A stretch of DNA of 62,230 nucleotides, the filler included, from a bacterium (GTDB lineage: Bacteria > JAMORN01): NCBI GenBank assembly GCA_027063545.1. It is 20 parts of 20 records of this genome, joined end to end, with 100 filler letters (N's around TTAATTAATTAA, not from the genome) between each part and the next. Parts side by side here need not be neighbours in the genome. Positions count along the whole stretch, not along the records: positions 1 to 2,547 come from JAMORN010000335.1; positions 2,648 to 5,190 come from JAMORN010000336.1; positions 5,291 to 19,357 come from JAMORN010000337.1; 17 more parts are not named here. One strand, given 5' to 3'. The notes below the pieces were generated by a model. That model was not told the origin of the DNA, did no database searches, and saw only the letters and a program-made list of their open reading frames with translations. This document shows, one piece after another, positions 1-11,153 of the stretch. The position numbers and the translations under genes are program-made. Every line of letters begins with the position of its first letter. The first letter of the stretch is position 1.

Positions 1-541
1 GTTTTTTTGCTTCAGAAAGCACACTTTGAGAAAAGTCTTTATTTTTTAAATTTTCAGGAAATGTATATAAATTTTTAAATTTATTATTTTCCTCAATTAC
101 AATTCTAACAGCAGAAGCATCAAATAATTTATATATAAATTTTAATAAATCTAAAGTTGCTTTATCAATAGAGTTAGAATTAAAAATTTCTTGAAGAGTA
201 TTAAATAAATTTAACAAGAATTCATCAAATTTTAATTCTCCAATCTTTAATATAGAAGACTCCTCTTCAATAAATCTTATCTTTAAATTATTTAAAGAGA
301 TAATATCATTGTTTTTCAAAAGATACTCTTCTTTTATAACCTTATTATTAACCATTAGATTAGGATGAGAAGGTTTTAAAATATATTCATTAGGTTTTTT
401 ATTTACAATAATTATAGTTGCCTCTTTATCTTTTATTTGATTTGGATCAACAATAATATTATTAAAATCTTCACTACCAATTGTTATAATTGCCATATCT
501 ATAGAGTATTTTTGGCCGTTTATTTCTAAAAATGCTCCCAT
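1..541 (-). CDS. FHA-like plus GAF-like domain regulator, N-terminal part (runs off the window)
   Basis: Not in the ORF track. ATG at 541 after an AGGGG RBS, frame open to position 1. MGAFLEING...ITIGSEDFNNIIV...LMVNNKVIKEEYLLKNNDIISL is FHA-like, followed by a helical/GAF-like segment. Confidence 0.6.
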   Translation of the reverse strand, partial: MGAFLEINGQKYSIDMAIITIGSEDFNNIIVDPNQIKDKEATIIIVNKKPNEYILKPSHPNLMVNNKVIKEEYLLKNNDIISLNNLKIRFIEEESSILKIGELKFDEFLLNLFNTLQEIFNSNSIDKATLDLLKFIYKLFDASAVRIVIEENNKFKNLYTFPENLKNKDFSQSVLSEAKK

Positions 542-565
542 ATTCTCTATCCCCTTTTAGTTAAA

Positions 566-1885
566 TTAAAATTTCACAGGTGTTATTTTATAAGGCACAA
601 TTTTTACAATAATTTTTTTATTCTTTTTCTTATTATAAAGTTCATATTCTCCAGCAGGTAATGATATTACTTTTTTAGTAGTTAATAATTTCCCATTTAT
701 ATATATAGAATCAGTTAAATTGTCTATAATTTTTAAAGTACCATTTGGAAGAGTTGGATCTTCCTCTTTGAATTTTAAATCTAAGTTATTATATGCTTTT
801 TTACTCATTTTTAATTTAAAAGGATTAGCAATAAGATCAATATTCTTCTTATTTGTTCTAAAGTAAAGTCTATGGGAATCACCAGAAATAACATAAAAGA
901 TGGTTGCTAAAGTTAGTATAATAAGAAGTAAAATTACATAAGATATTTTTGTTTTATATAATTGTTTTTCAATATTTTTTGATGTTGAGATATTTGAGAG
1001 AAGTTCTTTTAGAGAAAAATCTTCAGGATCAATTTTTATTGCTTTTTTTACTAGTTTTAGAGATAGTACAGGATTCTTTTTTTGAGAATTTTGAGAAAGA
1101 ATCTTATAAATATTTACTTTTTCCTTTTTTTCTTCTTTTTCTACAGTTGAATTTAGTCTTTGTATTATAGATGAATCTGTTTGTAGAATTTCTGCAATAC
1201 TTAGTATCTCTTCTTCTATTTTTTCTTCTATTTCTTTTTGTGAATATATTTCTATATTTAAAATTTTATTAAATATTTGGATTTCATCTCTAAATCTTGA
1301 AAAAGTTTTTACAATGCTATATATATCTATGAAAAAAGGATTTTCTTTTAGTATAATATCATAATCAGGAGGGAGAAAGTTTGTATCTATAATAATATTA
1401 AGGTTTTTTATATCAATAGGTTGTAAAAAGCCAGAATCTATGAATTTTATCTCTAACTCTTTTGTTATAATAATATTTGATGGAGAGAGATCTCCATGAA
1501 TAAGATTTAAATTATGAATTTTTTTAATATTAGAGTAAATTTTATAAAATAAAAATACAGCTTCTTGATAAGAAAGTTTATCTATAATATTTGATAATAA
1601 AACGCCAGGAATAAATTCGTATATATATATGTAATATTCAGGAGTTTCTCTGGTATATAAAATATTTTCAGTAAAAAGAAAATTCTTTTGAATAGATGTT
1701 TTCCTTGTGAAAAATAAAGTATTTATATGATTTTTTAGTATTTTTTTCTTTACAAAGCAAAGTTCGAGGTTGTCTTTTTTTAGCAAAAAGTAGATTTCCC
1801 TATCCTTTTTTTTAGAAAAGAGAATATTTTCATAAAAAAGAAGAGTTTTAAAAAATAAAAAACTACCTTTTTTCATTTGTTTCAA
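566..1885 (-). CDS. Membrane-anchored Ser/Thr protein kinase-like protein (divergent)
   Basis: HGDLSPSN catalytic loop, DSG in place of DFG, YEFIPG hinge, one TM helix (YVILLLIILTLATIFYVI) and a PEGA-like tail. True start may be 1876. Confidence 0.75.
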   Translation of the reverse strand: MKQMKKGSFLFFKTLLFYENILFSKKKDREIYFLLKKDNLELCFVKKKILKNHINTLFFTRKTSIQKNFLFTENILYTRETPEYYIYIYEFIPGVLLSNIIDKLSYQEAVFLFYKIYSNIKKIHNLNLIHGDLSPSNIIITKELEIKFIDSGFLQPIDIKNLNIIIDTNFLPPDYDIILKENPFFIDIYSIVKTFSRFRDEIQIFNKILNIEIYSQKEIEEKIEEEILSIAEILQTDSSIIQRLNSTVEKEEKKEKVNIYKILSQNSQKKNPVLSLKLVKKAIKIDPEDFSLKELLSNISTSKNIEKQLYKTKISYVILLLIILTLATIFYVISGDSHRLYFRTNKKNIDLIANPFKLKMSKKAYNNLDLKFKEEDPTLPNGTLKIIDNLTDSIYINGKLLTTKKVISLPAGEYELYNKKKNKKIIVKIVPYKITPVKF

Positions 1886-2501
1886 ACCTTCTTGCTTTAT
1901 CTAGATACTCTTTTGCTTTTTTTAAATCTCCGTTTTCAAGGGCAATTATAGATAAATTATAGTAAGCATTTGCATTAGTAGAGTCTATTAATATAATATT
2001 AAGAAAGTAGTCTTGAGCAATATCAGATCTTCCTAGTTTATAGAAGATAATACCAGAGAGATTTAAAGAAGCAATATTTTTTTTATCAAGTTTTAAACTT
2101 TTATTTAATGTTTTTAAGGCTAAAAGAGTATCTCCTTTTTCTAAAAGAATTTTTGCTTTTCTATATAAAATTTGTGAAGTCTCCTTTTTAAGTTTTACTT
2201 CTGGATTAATTGATAAGGCTGCAGATAATTCATTTACACATAGATCAATTAAAGAGTCCTGTTCTTGAATTGAAAGTTTATCCTTTTTTATATCAAACTC
2301 TTGGATATATGCATGGGCAAGTCCAACCCTTGCTCTATAGTTTGCAGGATTTTTATCCAATGCTCTATTAAAGAATCCAATTGCCCTTTTATAATCCCCT
2401 AGTTTTAAGGCAACCTCTCCTTTTGATTCTTCTGAAGAACAACCTATTAAAAAAGAGATATTTAATGCTATTATAATTATTATTATAATATTCTTCTTCA
2501 T
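1863..2501 (-). CDS. TPR-repeat lipoprotein
   Basis: Lipobox LIG-C and several TPR helix pairs; overlaps the kinase start. Confidence 0.8.
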   Translation of the reverse strand: MKKNIIIIIIIALNISFLIGCSSEESKGEVALKLGDYKRAIGFFNRALDKNPANYRARVGLAHAYIQEFDIKKDKLSIQEQDSLIDLCVNELSAALSINPEVKLKKETSQILYRKAKILLEKGDTLLALKTLNKSLKLDKKNIASLNLSGIIFYKLGRSDIAQDYFLNIILIDSTNANAYYNLSIIALENGDLKKAKEYLDKARRFETNEKR

Positions 2502-2547
2502 ACCTTCTTCCTTTTTACCATCTTATATATTTTCTATAAACAACAGA

Positions 2548-2647
2548 NNNNNNNNNNNNNNNNNNNNNNNNNNNNNNNNNNNNNNNNNNNNTTAATTAAT
2601 TAANNNNNNNNNNNNNNNNNNNNNNNNNNNNNNNNNNNNNNNNNNNN
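2548..2647. other. Artificial contig spacer, first of 19 (others start at 5191, 19358, 21992, 24615, 27233, 29845, 32450, 35043, 37588, 40119, 42648, 45170, 47663, 50134, 52580, 54997, 57412, 59825)
   Basis: Identical 100-bp N-run/TTAATTAATTAA/N-run unit giving stops in all six frames; flanking genes are truncated. Confidence 0.98.
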
Positions 2648-5149
2648 ACCACCTTTACCACCAGAATACTTTGCTATCTCTCTAACAATTGCTCCAGCAT
2701 CTATACCTCTATTTACTAAGTTGGAGCCTACTATTACTAAATAAGATTTTTTCTTTCCTGTAATACCTATACCTATAAATATACTATCTTTATTATTCTT
2801 TTCAAAGTTTTCAGCAAAAAGCTTTAATTCATTTTTATCATCAAAAGAAACATCACCTATATAAACTTCAATTTCTCCTATATTTAATTTCTTGAATGTA
2901 TTACCCGATGAAGCTGAAGCTTTCAATCGAGAAACTTCTTTTTTCAGTTTTTTGTTTTCATCTTTTAAGGATACTATGTAATTTAGAATTTCCTCTTCTT
3001 TATTAATCTCTAAATTATTTTTTATATCTGAAATCATATCCCTTTGTTTTAATAAATATTTTATAGCTTCTCTTCCAGTTAAAGCCTCTATTCTTCTTAT
3101 TCCTGAAGCAACCGATGTTTCTGTTATTATAACAAAACTTCCTATATATGATGTCCTATCAACATGAGTTCCACCACAAAACTCGCTTGAAACATCACCC
3201 ATTTTTACAACTCTTACTATATCCCCGTATTTTTCTTCAAAAAATGCTAATGCCTCTTTCTTTGCCTCTTCTATAGGTTTATATTCAATTTTTACCTTAT
3301 AATCATTCAATATCCATTCATTAACCTGCTTTTCTATTTTCTTCAATAATTCTGAGCTTACCTTTTGGTTATAAGTAAAATCAAATCTCAATTTTTCATC
3401 ACTCACAAATGAACCAGCTTGTCTAACCTCTTTTCCTAAAAACTTTCTTAAAGCTGAATGTAATAAATGAGTAGCTGAATGATTTCTAGTAATATCCTCT
3501 CTTCTTCTTTTATCAACTTTACATACCACCTTATTTGAAGTTATATTACCCTCTAAAATTCCTATATGTACATAGAAATTCTTATATTTTTGAACATCTT
3601 CAACTATTATTTTAAAAGAATCACCATTTATAATCCCCTTATCAGCAACCTGTCCCCCACTTTCAGCATAAAATGGAGTTTTATCTAAAATTACATAAAT
3701 TTTTCCATCATGTAAGATATATCTTATTATCTTTGATTCTTCTTCAAGTTTCTCATAACCTACAAATTCAGTCTCTTTATCCTCTTCAAAAACAACCCAT
3801 TCACCTAAAAAGTCATAATCTACTCCTTGAGTAAACTTGGAAGCCTTTCTTGCTCTCTCTCTTTGCTGTTGCATATATACTTCAAATCCACTTTCATCAA
3901 TCTTTAATTCTTCTTCTTCTGCCATTACTCTTGTGAGATCAACAGGGAATCCATAGGTATCATATAATAAAAATACATCTTTACCATCTATAGTATCTTT
4001 ATTTTCCTTTTTTATCTTTTCCACTATAGAATAAAAAATAGATAATCCATTATCTATTGTTCTATTAAATCTCTCCTCTTCATGTTTTATTATATTTTTT
4101 ACTATCTCAGGATTATTTTTCAATGAAGTATAATAATCTCCCATAGCATCTATTACTGAATCAACCAATTTGTATAAAAATGGCTCTTTTAAATTAAGCT
4201 TTCTTCCATATCTAAAAGCTCTTCGTAAAATTCTTCTAATAACATACCCCCTACCCTCATTAGAAGGAATAACTCCATCATTAACAGCAAATGTAATAGC
4301 TCGAATATGATCCATTATTACCCTATAAGCTACAAGAACGTCCTCATTCTCTTTCCAATCAATTCCTGTCATCTCTTTTAATTTATTTCTAATAGGATCA
4401 AAAATATCTATTGCATAATTATCATAAGTGCCTTGGAGAATAGAGGTTATTCTCTCCAATCCCATTCCTGTATCAACAAATTTGTCCTTTAATGGATGTA
4501 AATTACCCTGTTCATCTCTATAATATTGGATAAAAACAAGATTCCATATTTCAATAAATCTAGGACTACCTGTATTTACACCAGCTTCTGGAGAAGGATC
4601 AAATTCTTCACCAAGATCTATATGGATTTCACTACAAGGGCCACAGGGACCTGTCTCTCCCATTTCCCAAAAATTATCTTTATCTCCAAATTTTAAAACT
4701 CTTCCTGGAAGAATATCAGTTTCTTCATACCAAATCTTTTCTGCCTCATCATCTGTATAATGAACTGTTGCATAAAGTCTTTCTTTAGGTATACCCCAAA
4801 CTTTTGTTATAAGCTCCCATGCCCATCTTATTGCTTCCCTTTTATAATAATCACCAAAAGACCAATTACCTAACATTTCAAAAAATGTATGATGATAGGT
4901 ATCTTTACCAACTTCTTCTAAATCATTATGCTTTCCAGATACTCTTATACAAGCTTGAGAATTAGCTACTCTTTTATATTTAGGTTTTTCTTCTCCTAAA
5001 AAAATTCCTTTAAATGGATTCATTCCTGCATTAACAAACATCAAAGTTGGATCACCTTTGGGAACAACAGGAACTGATGGAACAAAAACATGATCCTTAG
5101 ATTTAAAAAACTCTATAAACTCCTGGCGAATTTCTCTGGTTGTTTTCAT
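2648..5149 (-). CDS. alaS: Alanine--tRNA ligase (last few codons cut off)
   Basis: DPTLMFVNAGM, HHTFFEMLGNWSFGDY, DTGMGLER, editing motifs HSATH and CGGTH. Confidence 0.98.
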
Positions 5150-5290
5150 AGGTTTTCACTCTCCTCAATATAATTAAGAGTATTTATTATNNNNNNNNNN
5201 NNNNNNNNNNNNNNNNNNNNNNNNNNNNNNNNNNTTAATTAATTAANNNNNNNNNNNNNNNNNNNNNNNNNNNNNNNNNNNNNNNNNNNN

Positions 5291-6770
5291 AAAAATTATA
5301 ATTAACGCCTCTAGCTTCCATAAATTAGAAGATAAAAAAGTAAGATTTAATTATCATACTCCTCAAGAAGAGCTGAAAATAGAGTTTAATCCTTTGTTAA
5401 AAAAGTGTAGAATTTTAGTTGTTGGCATGGGACCTGCAGGGCTTATTGCTTCTTTTGTATTAAAGAAAAAAGGTTTTGATGTAGTATTAATTGATAGAGG
5501 TAAAAAAGTTGAAGAAAGAGAAAAAGATATAAATTTATTTTTTAGAGAAAAGGTTCTTAATTTAGATAGTAATGTTCAATTTGGGGAGGGAGGGGCAGGT
5601 ACATTTTCTGATGGAAAACTTCATACAAGAATTAAAGATAAGTTAAAAACATATATTTATAAATTATTTGTAGAATTGGGAGCTCCTGAAGAGATTCTTT
5701 ATCTATCAAAGCCTCATATTGGAACAGATAAATTAAGATTCATGATAAAAAATTTTAGAGAGGTTTTAAAAACGCTAGGTGTTGAGATTAGATTCAATAC
5801 AAAACTTGAGGATTTTGAGATTATAGAAAAGAAAATAGAAGGTATTATTCTAAAAGATTTAATAAGTAATAAGATATATAGAGAGGTTTTTGATTTTGTA
5901 TTTTTAGCAATAGGTAACTCTTCTAGAGATACATTTTATATGTTAAAGGAAAATGGTATAGAACTTCAAGCAAAGCCTTTTGCAGTAGGCTATAGAGTAT
6001 TACACCCACAAGAGATAATAGATAAAATTCAATACAAAAAATCTTATAAACATCCTAAACTACCACCAGCAGAATATAGTTTGACTTTTAATTTTAAATC
6101 AAGAAGTGTATATTCCTTTTGTATGTGTCCAGGAGGGGTAATTTTAAACTCCACCAATGAATATAACAGAAACGTAACAAATGGTATGAGTTTTTATAAA
6201 AGAGATTTACCTTTTGCAAATAGTGCTATCATAGTAAGTTTAACACCAGAGGATTTTAAAAATGATCCATTTATTGCTATTGATTTTCAAAGAAAAATAG
6301 AGGAAAGAAGTTTTGGCCTAACATCTTCCTATAAACTTCCTTTATGGTTTTTATCTAAGTTTACAGATAAAAATTCAAAAAATATATCAGAGAAAACTTT
6401 AGATAAGATAATATCATCAAATACTATTCCTTCAGGATTTGAGGTTATAGAGAATATTGAGGATATTTATGATATAAAAATAGGGGAGAGAGATTTTAGT
6501 TTTATAAACACTTTAATTAAAAAGGCATTTATAAAATGGAATAGCCTTTTGAAAAATAGATGGATAATAGGAGAGAGTTTTATAACAGGCCCAGAAACAA
6601 GAAGTTCAAGTCCTATAAGAATAGTTAGAAATAAAAATTTTAGAAGTGTTTCAATAGAAAATTTAATTCCCATAGGTGAAGGGTCTGGTTATGCTGGAGG
6701 GATAACATCAAGTGCGGTTGATGGATTGAAAGCAGCTTTAGATTTAATAAAATTCTTAGAGGAGAGATAA
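5291..6770 (+). CDS. FAD-dependent oxidoreductase/dehydrogenase (COG2509-like), 5'-truncated
   Basis: GMGPAG Rossmann motif, GEGGAGTFSDGKL, FCMCPGG, GEGSGYAGGITSSAVDG. Frame is open back to the contig edge. Confidence 0.9.
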
Positions 6771-6776
6771 TATTTT

Positions 6777-7613
6777 TTATACTTTATATGTTATAAATAA
6801 AGACATAATAATAGCACCTATACCAAGAAAAGAGTAAATATCTAAACTTTCATGTAGAATTACATAAGAATATATGGTAGATAGTCCTATATTTAAATAA
6901 CTTATAGAGGTTGCATTTGCAGCCTTCAAGTATTTCAACCCTAACGTTAAAAAGTACTGAGCAAAGTGGGTAAATATACCTAAAAGTATTACAAGTATTA
7001 TATGCTCTTTATGAGGAAATTGAAATTTATAAAAAATTGGTAAAGATATTATAGTAGCCATAAATTGGAAATAGAATATTATTAAAAACACGTTTTCTTT
7101 TAATTTATTTAAAATTCTCACCATATTATAGGCTGTTCCTGCTATTAAAGCAGCAGTTAAGCCAAATATAGCACCAATGTTAAAATGAGAAGGATTAGGT
7201 TTTGCTATTAATAATACTCCAATAAGTGCAATTGTTATAGATATATAAATTGTTTTCTTCACTTTTTCTCTAGCAATAAAAGGGGAAAGTAGAGCGGTAA
7301 ACAAAGGATTTGTATATTGAATACTTACAGCTTCTGCCAAGGTTAAATATTTAAAAGATAAAAAATATAAACTTAGTCCCAAAGCTCCAGCAATACCTCT
7401 AATTAAATGAAGTTTTAAGTATCTGGTTTTAAAAGGATTATAAAGTTTATGTTTTATCATCATTATATATACTAGAAAAAGTGTTATAGAGCTTCTAAAA
7501 AATACCAATTCCTGAGATGGAAGATAATTTAAGAATTTAATAATAAGTCCTACTAGAGAAAAACCTGTTGCAGAAAGTATCATAAATATAAAGCCTTTAT
7601 ATTTATTTTCCAT
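6777..7613 (-). CDS. DMT/EamA family transporter
   Basis: About 10 hydrophobic helices in two EamA repeats; YTNPLF...REKV motif. Confidence 0.9.
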   Translation of the reverse strand: MENKYKGFIFMILSATGFSLVGLIIKFLNYLPSQELVFFRSSITLFLVYIMMIKHKLYNPFKTRYLKLHLIRGIAGALGLSLYFLSFKYLTLAEAVSIQYTNPLFTALLSPFIAREKVKKTIYISITIALIGVLLIAKPNPSHFNIGAIFGLTAALIAGTAYNMVRILNKLKENVFLIIFYFQFMATIISLPIFYKFQFPHKEHIILVILLGIFTHFAQYFLTLGLKYLKAANATSISYLNIGLSTIYSYVILHESLDIYSFLGIGAIIMSLFITYKV

Positions 7614-7675
7614 AGGCTAAAATATATATTTTTTTAACTTTAATATATAAAATTATTTAAATGGAGGGGTAAATC

Positions 7676-8320
7676 ATGAGGTATAAATTTTTAATTTTAT
7701 TTATACTAAGTTTAATTTTTAAGATATTTGCTGTACAAATTCAACCTTTTGTAATACCAGATTTTCGTTTAATAGATTTGTATCTAATGATACAACATCT
7801 AATAGAATATGGGAATATAAGGCAGGATATTCTTTATTAGGAGGTATAGATATTCCAGTAAACAATCAAGTATATTATTCTGTAGGAGGAGGAATTGTTG
7901 CTACAGGAAGTAATTTTGAAATAAATGTTGACTTAGGAGGATTGTATTCAGCAGATATAAATGGTGTGTATGATCTTTTTTATTTTTCTATTATTAATCA
8001 AATAAATATTATATCTCAAGTAGGGATAGGATTTAGTCTAGCTTTAAGATATTCTATTTTACTTGATGCTACATTAACAACAATAACAAAACAAACTATT
8101 TTAGGGGGGGGATGAGACTACAACAGATAATAATGATAATATAAAGGATGATATAAAAAATTCTGACTTAGGTTTATGTTTTGGTATATCAAAAGATTTA
8201 AGCGATATTTTAACAATTATACTTTCATATTATGCAGGTTTTGTAGACTTAGATACTCAAAATTCTGATTTCTCTATTAAAAATTCAGGAATAGGCTTAA
8301 AATTGAAAATTAAATTATAA
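7676..8320 (+). pseudogene. Outer-membrane beta-barrel protein (PorT/OMP_b-brl-like) with two frameshifts
   Basis: GGAGG RBS, ATG 7676 and a signal peptide. Adding one T near 7762-7765 and removing one G from the G8 run at 8104-8111 gives a 214-aa amphipathic beta protein ending IKNSGIGLKLKIKL (TAA 8320). Confidence 0.65.
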
Positions 8321-8321
8321 A

Positions 8322-8350
8322 AAATTTCTCGGGGAATTCCCGGGGATTTA
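8322..8350. terminator. Probable terminator between convergent genes
   Basis: GC-rich imperfect hairpin TTCTCGGG...CCCGGGGA with G-U pairs. Confidence 0.4.
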
Positions 8351-9417
8351 ACCTATTTTTTTATTTAATATAAACAGCTTCTTTACAATAGATTTATTTT
8401 CATCAATTAGTTTAATAAATAAGATAGATGAAGCGATTTTTTGAATTCTCTTACTCATCCAACTCCATAATTAACAGCATATCCAAAATAAGAATTTACT
8501 ATAGAGACATTATATGAATATTCAAATATTACATGCCCTCTGGTTGCATTGTAAGAGTAAACATTATTTATAAAACAATTTTCAGCAAATCTAAATACTA
8601 TATTAAAAACATCATTTGTTCCACCTTGAGTATAATCACTGGAAGTTTTTACATTTATATGTTCTATATATAAATTTTCAATTCCGACATTTTGCACAAT
8701 ATCTTCTGTAGGATAAATACTAGCTCTAGGATTTTGTTGATCATGAAAATCAATAAATATTGGATTTTCTAAAGTTTACAGTGTTACCATTTACAGCAAT
8801 AATTTTGTTGGATTGTCCATAGGATTTTACTGCCCACTCAGCTTTACCTGCCTCCCATTTTTTATACCAAGCTTCAGAAGTATTTGCTTCTGGGAACATT
8901 AAATCAGGAGGATTATTCTCTTTTATACATACTAAAGACCCTACTTTTACATCAGAATTTGTATATGATAGAGTTATTGTTTTATCTCCAGTTTTAGAAG
9001 TAACAGAAAGAGATATAGGCTTATTTCTATCAGAATATCCAGCTTTAGACTCTGCCCATATTAGCCCATCAAAATAATCAACATCACAATCAAATAGTAG
9101 TTTTGTTTTTGTTGGTCCAGTACCCTTTATTATAATATTATCATTGTTTGCATTTATCATTATTGGAATTTCAAAATAATACTCTCCTTCAGGAAAATAT
9201 AATACAGTTGGACTACTATGATTATCAATAAAATTTTGTACCTTCTGTCCGACGTATTCTCCAGGTAAAATACCAATAGTAGTTATATTTATAGTATCCC
9301 AAGTCTTTCCTAATTCAGGTTTTATTTCATGCCATTGAGCAATAAAGCGTTCAAGGGGAAGGGCACAAAGTCATCAATAGCCTTTAAAGTATTTGAAAGA
9401 CCAAGAATAATTCGCAT
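8348..9417 (-). pseudogene. Degraded secreted beta-helix (pectate lyase 3-like) protein, paralog of 11154-13004
   Basis: AGGAGG RBS and ATG 9417. Frameshifts near 9361 and 8775 join ORFs 8750-9160 and 8455-8697 (YFPEGEY, IIIKGTG, VGIENLYI, NYGVG). A remnant T9SS-type tail (ILFIKLIDENKSIVKKLFIL) follows. Confidence 0.75.
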
Positions 9418-9441
9418 AAGGCACCTCCTTTTTGTTGTTTT

Positions 9442-11139
9442 TTACTTTACTAATACTACTTTTTTTAAAATAAAATCTTTTTTATTATCTAACGCTATGA
9501 AATATATACCTGAGGATAAATTTTTCCCCGAGAATTTAATTTTGTTATAACCGAATTTTAATTTAAAAGTTTTTATAATTTTACCATTTATATTTATTAC
9601 TTTAATTACAGCATTTTTATATTTATTATATACTTCAATATTGAGTATAGGATTAAAGGGATTGGGAAAAACATTAATTGTTGTTTTTAAATTATTATTG
9701 TTTAGATTAGTTATATAAGTTGCAGAATAGAATTCATAACATCCTAGATCTACAATATTATTTACTCTTTTATTCCCATCTAAATCCAAAATTGTATCAG
9801 AAATGAAAAAATCAGGATCTCCTTTATCAATAGCAGGAGAACTCTCTTGGAGTCTAAAGTTATAAGAGGCTGTATCTATGAATAAAGGATCATCTAACAT
9901 GGAATGTTCTCCAAAAGAAGTAATGCTTCTATAATTGTCAAAATCCATAGCTATACCACCCATTTCCCATCTTATATTAGAAGGATTATCTGAATAAAAT
10001 AGATTATAGTCAAAATGATTTACCTCAATAGAATCATTTGTATAATCAGCAAATGCGATATTTTTATCTGATGTATAGATAATATTGTTGAAAATATAAT
10101 TATTTTCGGCTCTTTGAACAGTTAGTTGAGCCCATCCTACATCAGGATGAATAGAGTTTTTAAATAAAGTATTATTGTAAAAATAGCAGTTTTTTGCCCA
10201 GCCATTTTCATCAGAACTTCCACCAATTATTATACCATCTTTATTACAAAAATAAATTAAATTATTTCTAACAAAAACAGAATCAGTTATTTTATCCTTA
10301 TTCTCAGATCCAATAGAAATTCCAAAATCACCATTTTTTATAATATTTTGCTCTATTACAATCTTTCTTCCTCCATCAACATAGATAGCTGCACATGATA
10401 TATATCCATTATAAGCAGGGTTGTCTTTTGAGGTTATGTTATACAAAAAATTTCTTCTACAAACTCCATTTCTTGCTTGATCATTATAAGGTGCAACGCC
10501 CCAAAATCCAGCCATATCAATTCCAATATTATCAATATCATGAATAATATTGTTTTCTACTAAAAAACCATCAACATTACCATTTAAAGTAATAGCCTCA
10601 CTATATCCTAACTGGCAATCGTATATTTCATTCTCTTTTATTATAATATTTGAAGAGGGACTATCACCACTGTTTGCATAAACATGAATACCATGAGCTC
10701 CTTGTTTAGGGTTTTTGATATCATGAATTTTTAAATTTTCTATTATTATATTACTACAGGAGCCTCTTACTAAAACGCCTGTAGGATCTGAACCTGTAGG
10801 AGTCCCTTGAATTTCCAAATTTTTTAAAATAATAAAGTTTTGGTTATTTATTTCTATTATATAATCTCCATCTAGCCCAGTTGCATCAATTATTGGTTTA
10901 TTAATAGAATCACCAATAATGGTGAAATAAGAATTTTTAGTTCCACCTTTTGTAATATATATCATTTCATTATATATACCGGATTTTATATAAATTGTAT
11001 CTCCGGTAGAACTATTGGAAATAGCAGATGTTATTGTAGAAAAATCAGAGTTTGTATCTTTAGATACTATCCAAGTTTTAGCATAAAGATGAATAAATAA
11101 ATAATAAAAACTAATTAATATTAATAATATCTTTTTCAT
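9442..11139 (-). CDS. Secreted right-handed parallel beta-helix protein with T9SS-type C-terminal sorting domain
   Basis: Signal peptide, GDTIYIKSGIY, PbH1 repeats, SPAIDKG...DLGCYE motif, C-terminal FPNPFNP...SSGIYF...KKVVLVK. Confidence 0.85.
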   Translation of the reverse strand: MKKILLILISFYYLFIHLYAKTWIVSKDTNSDFSTITSAISNSSTGDTIYIKSGIYNEMIYITKGGTKNSYFTIIGDSINKPIIDATGLDGDYIIEINNQNFIILKNLEIQGTPTGSDPTGVLVRGSCSNIIIENLKIHDIKNPKQGAHGIHVYANSGDSPSSNIIIKENEIYDCQLGYSEAITLNGNVDGFLVENNIIHDIDNIGIDMAGFWGVAPYNDQARNGVCRRNFLYNITSKDNPAYNGYISCAAIYVDGGRKIVIEQNIIKNGDFGISIGSENKDKITDSVFVRNNLIYFCNKDGIIIGGSSDENGWAKNCYFYNNTLFKNSIHPDVGWAQLTVQRAENNYIFNNIIYTSDKNIAFADYTNDSIEVNHFDYNLFYSDNPSNIRWEMGGIAMDFDNYRSITSFGEHSMLDDPLFIDTASYNFRLQESSPAIDKGDPDFFISDTILDLDGNKRVNNIVDLGCYEFYSATYITNLNNNNLKTTINVFPNPFNPILNIEVYNKYKNAVIKVININGKIIKTFKLKFGYNKIKFSGKNLSSGIYFIALDNKKDFILKKVVLVK

Positions 11140-11153
11140 GGAGAGTTCTCCTT

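Noticed and set aside
2548-2647. Recurrent TTAATTAATTAA as a biological repeat or CRISPR-like array
   Set aside because: It is always embedded in fixed-length N runs, so it is an assembly spacer. No CRISPR repeat-spacer array or cas gene was seen.
8455-8457. TGA after NYGVG as recoded Gly on the 14-kb contig
   Set aside because: Read-through does not restore similarity and soon hits TAA. metE on the same contig uses TGA as stop, and its long ORFs have no internal TGA.
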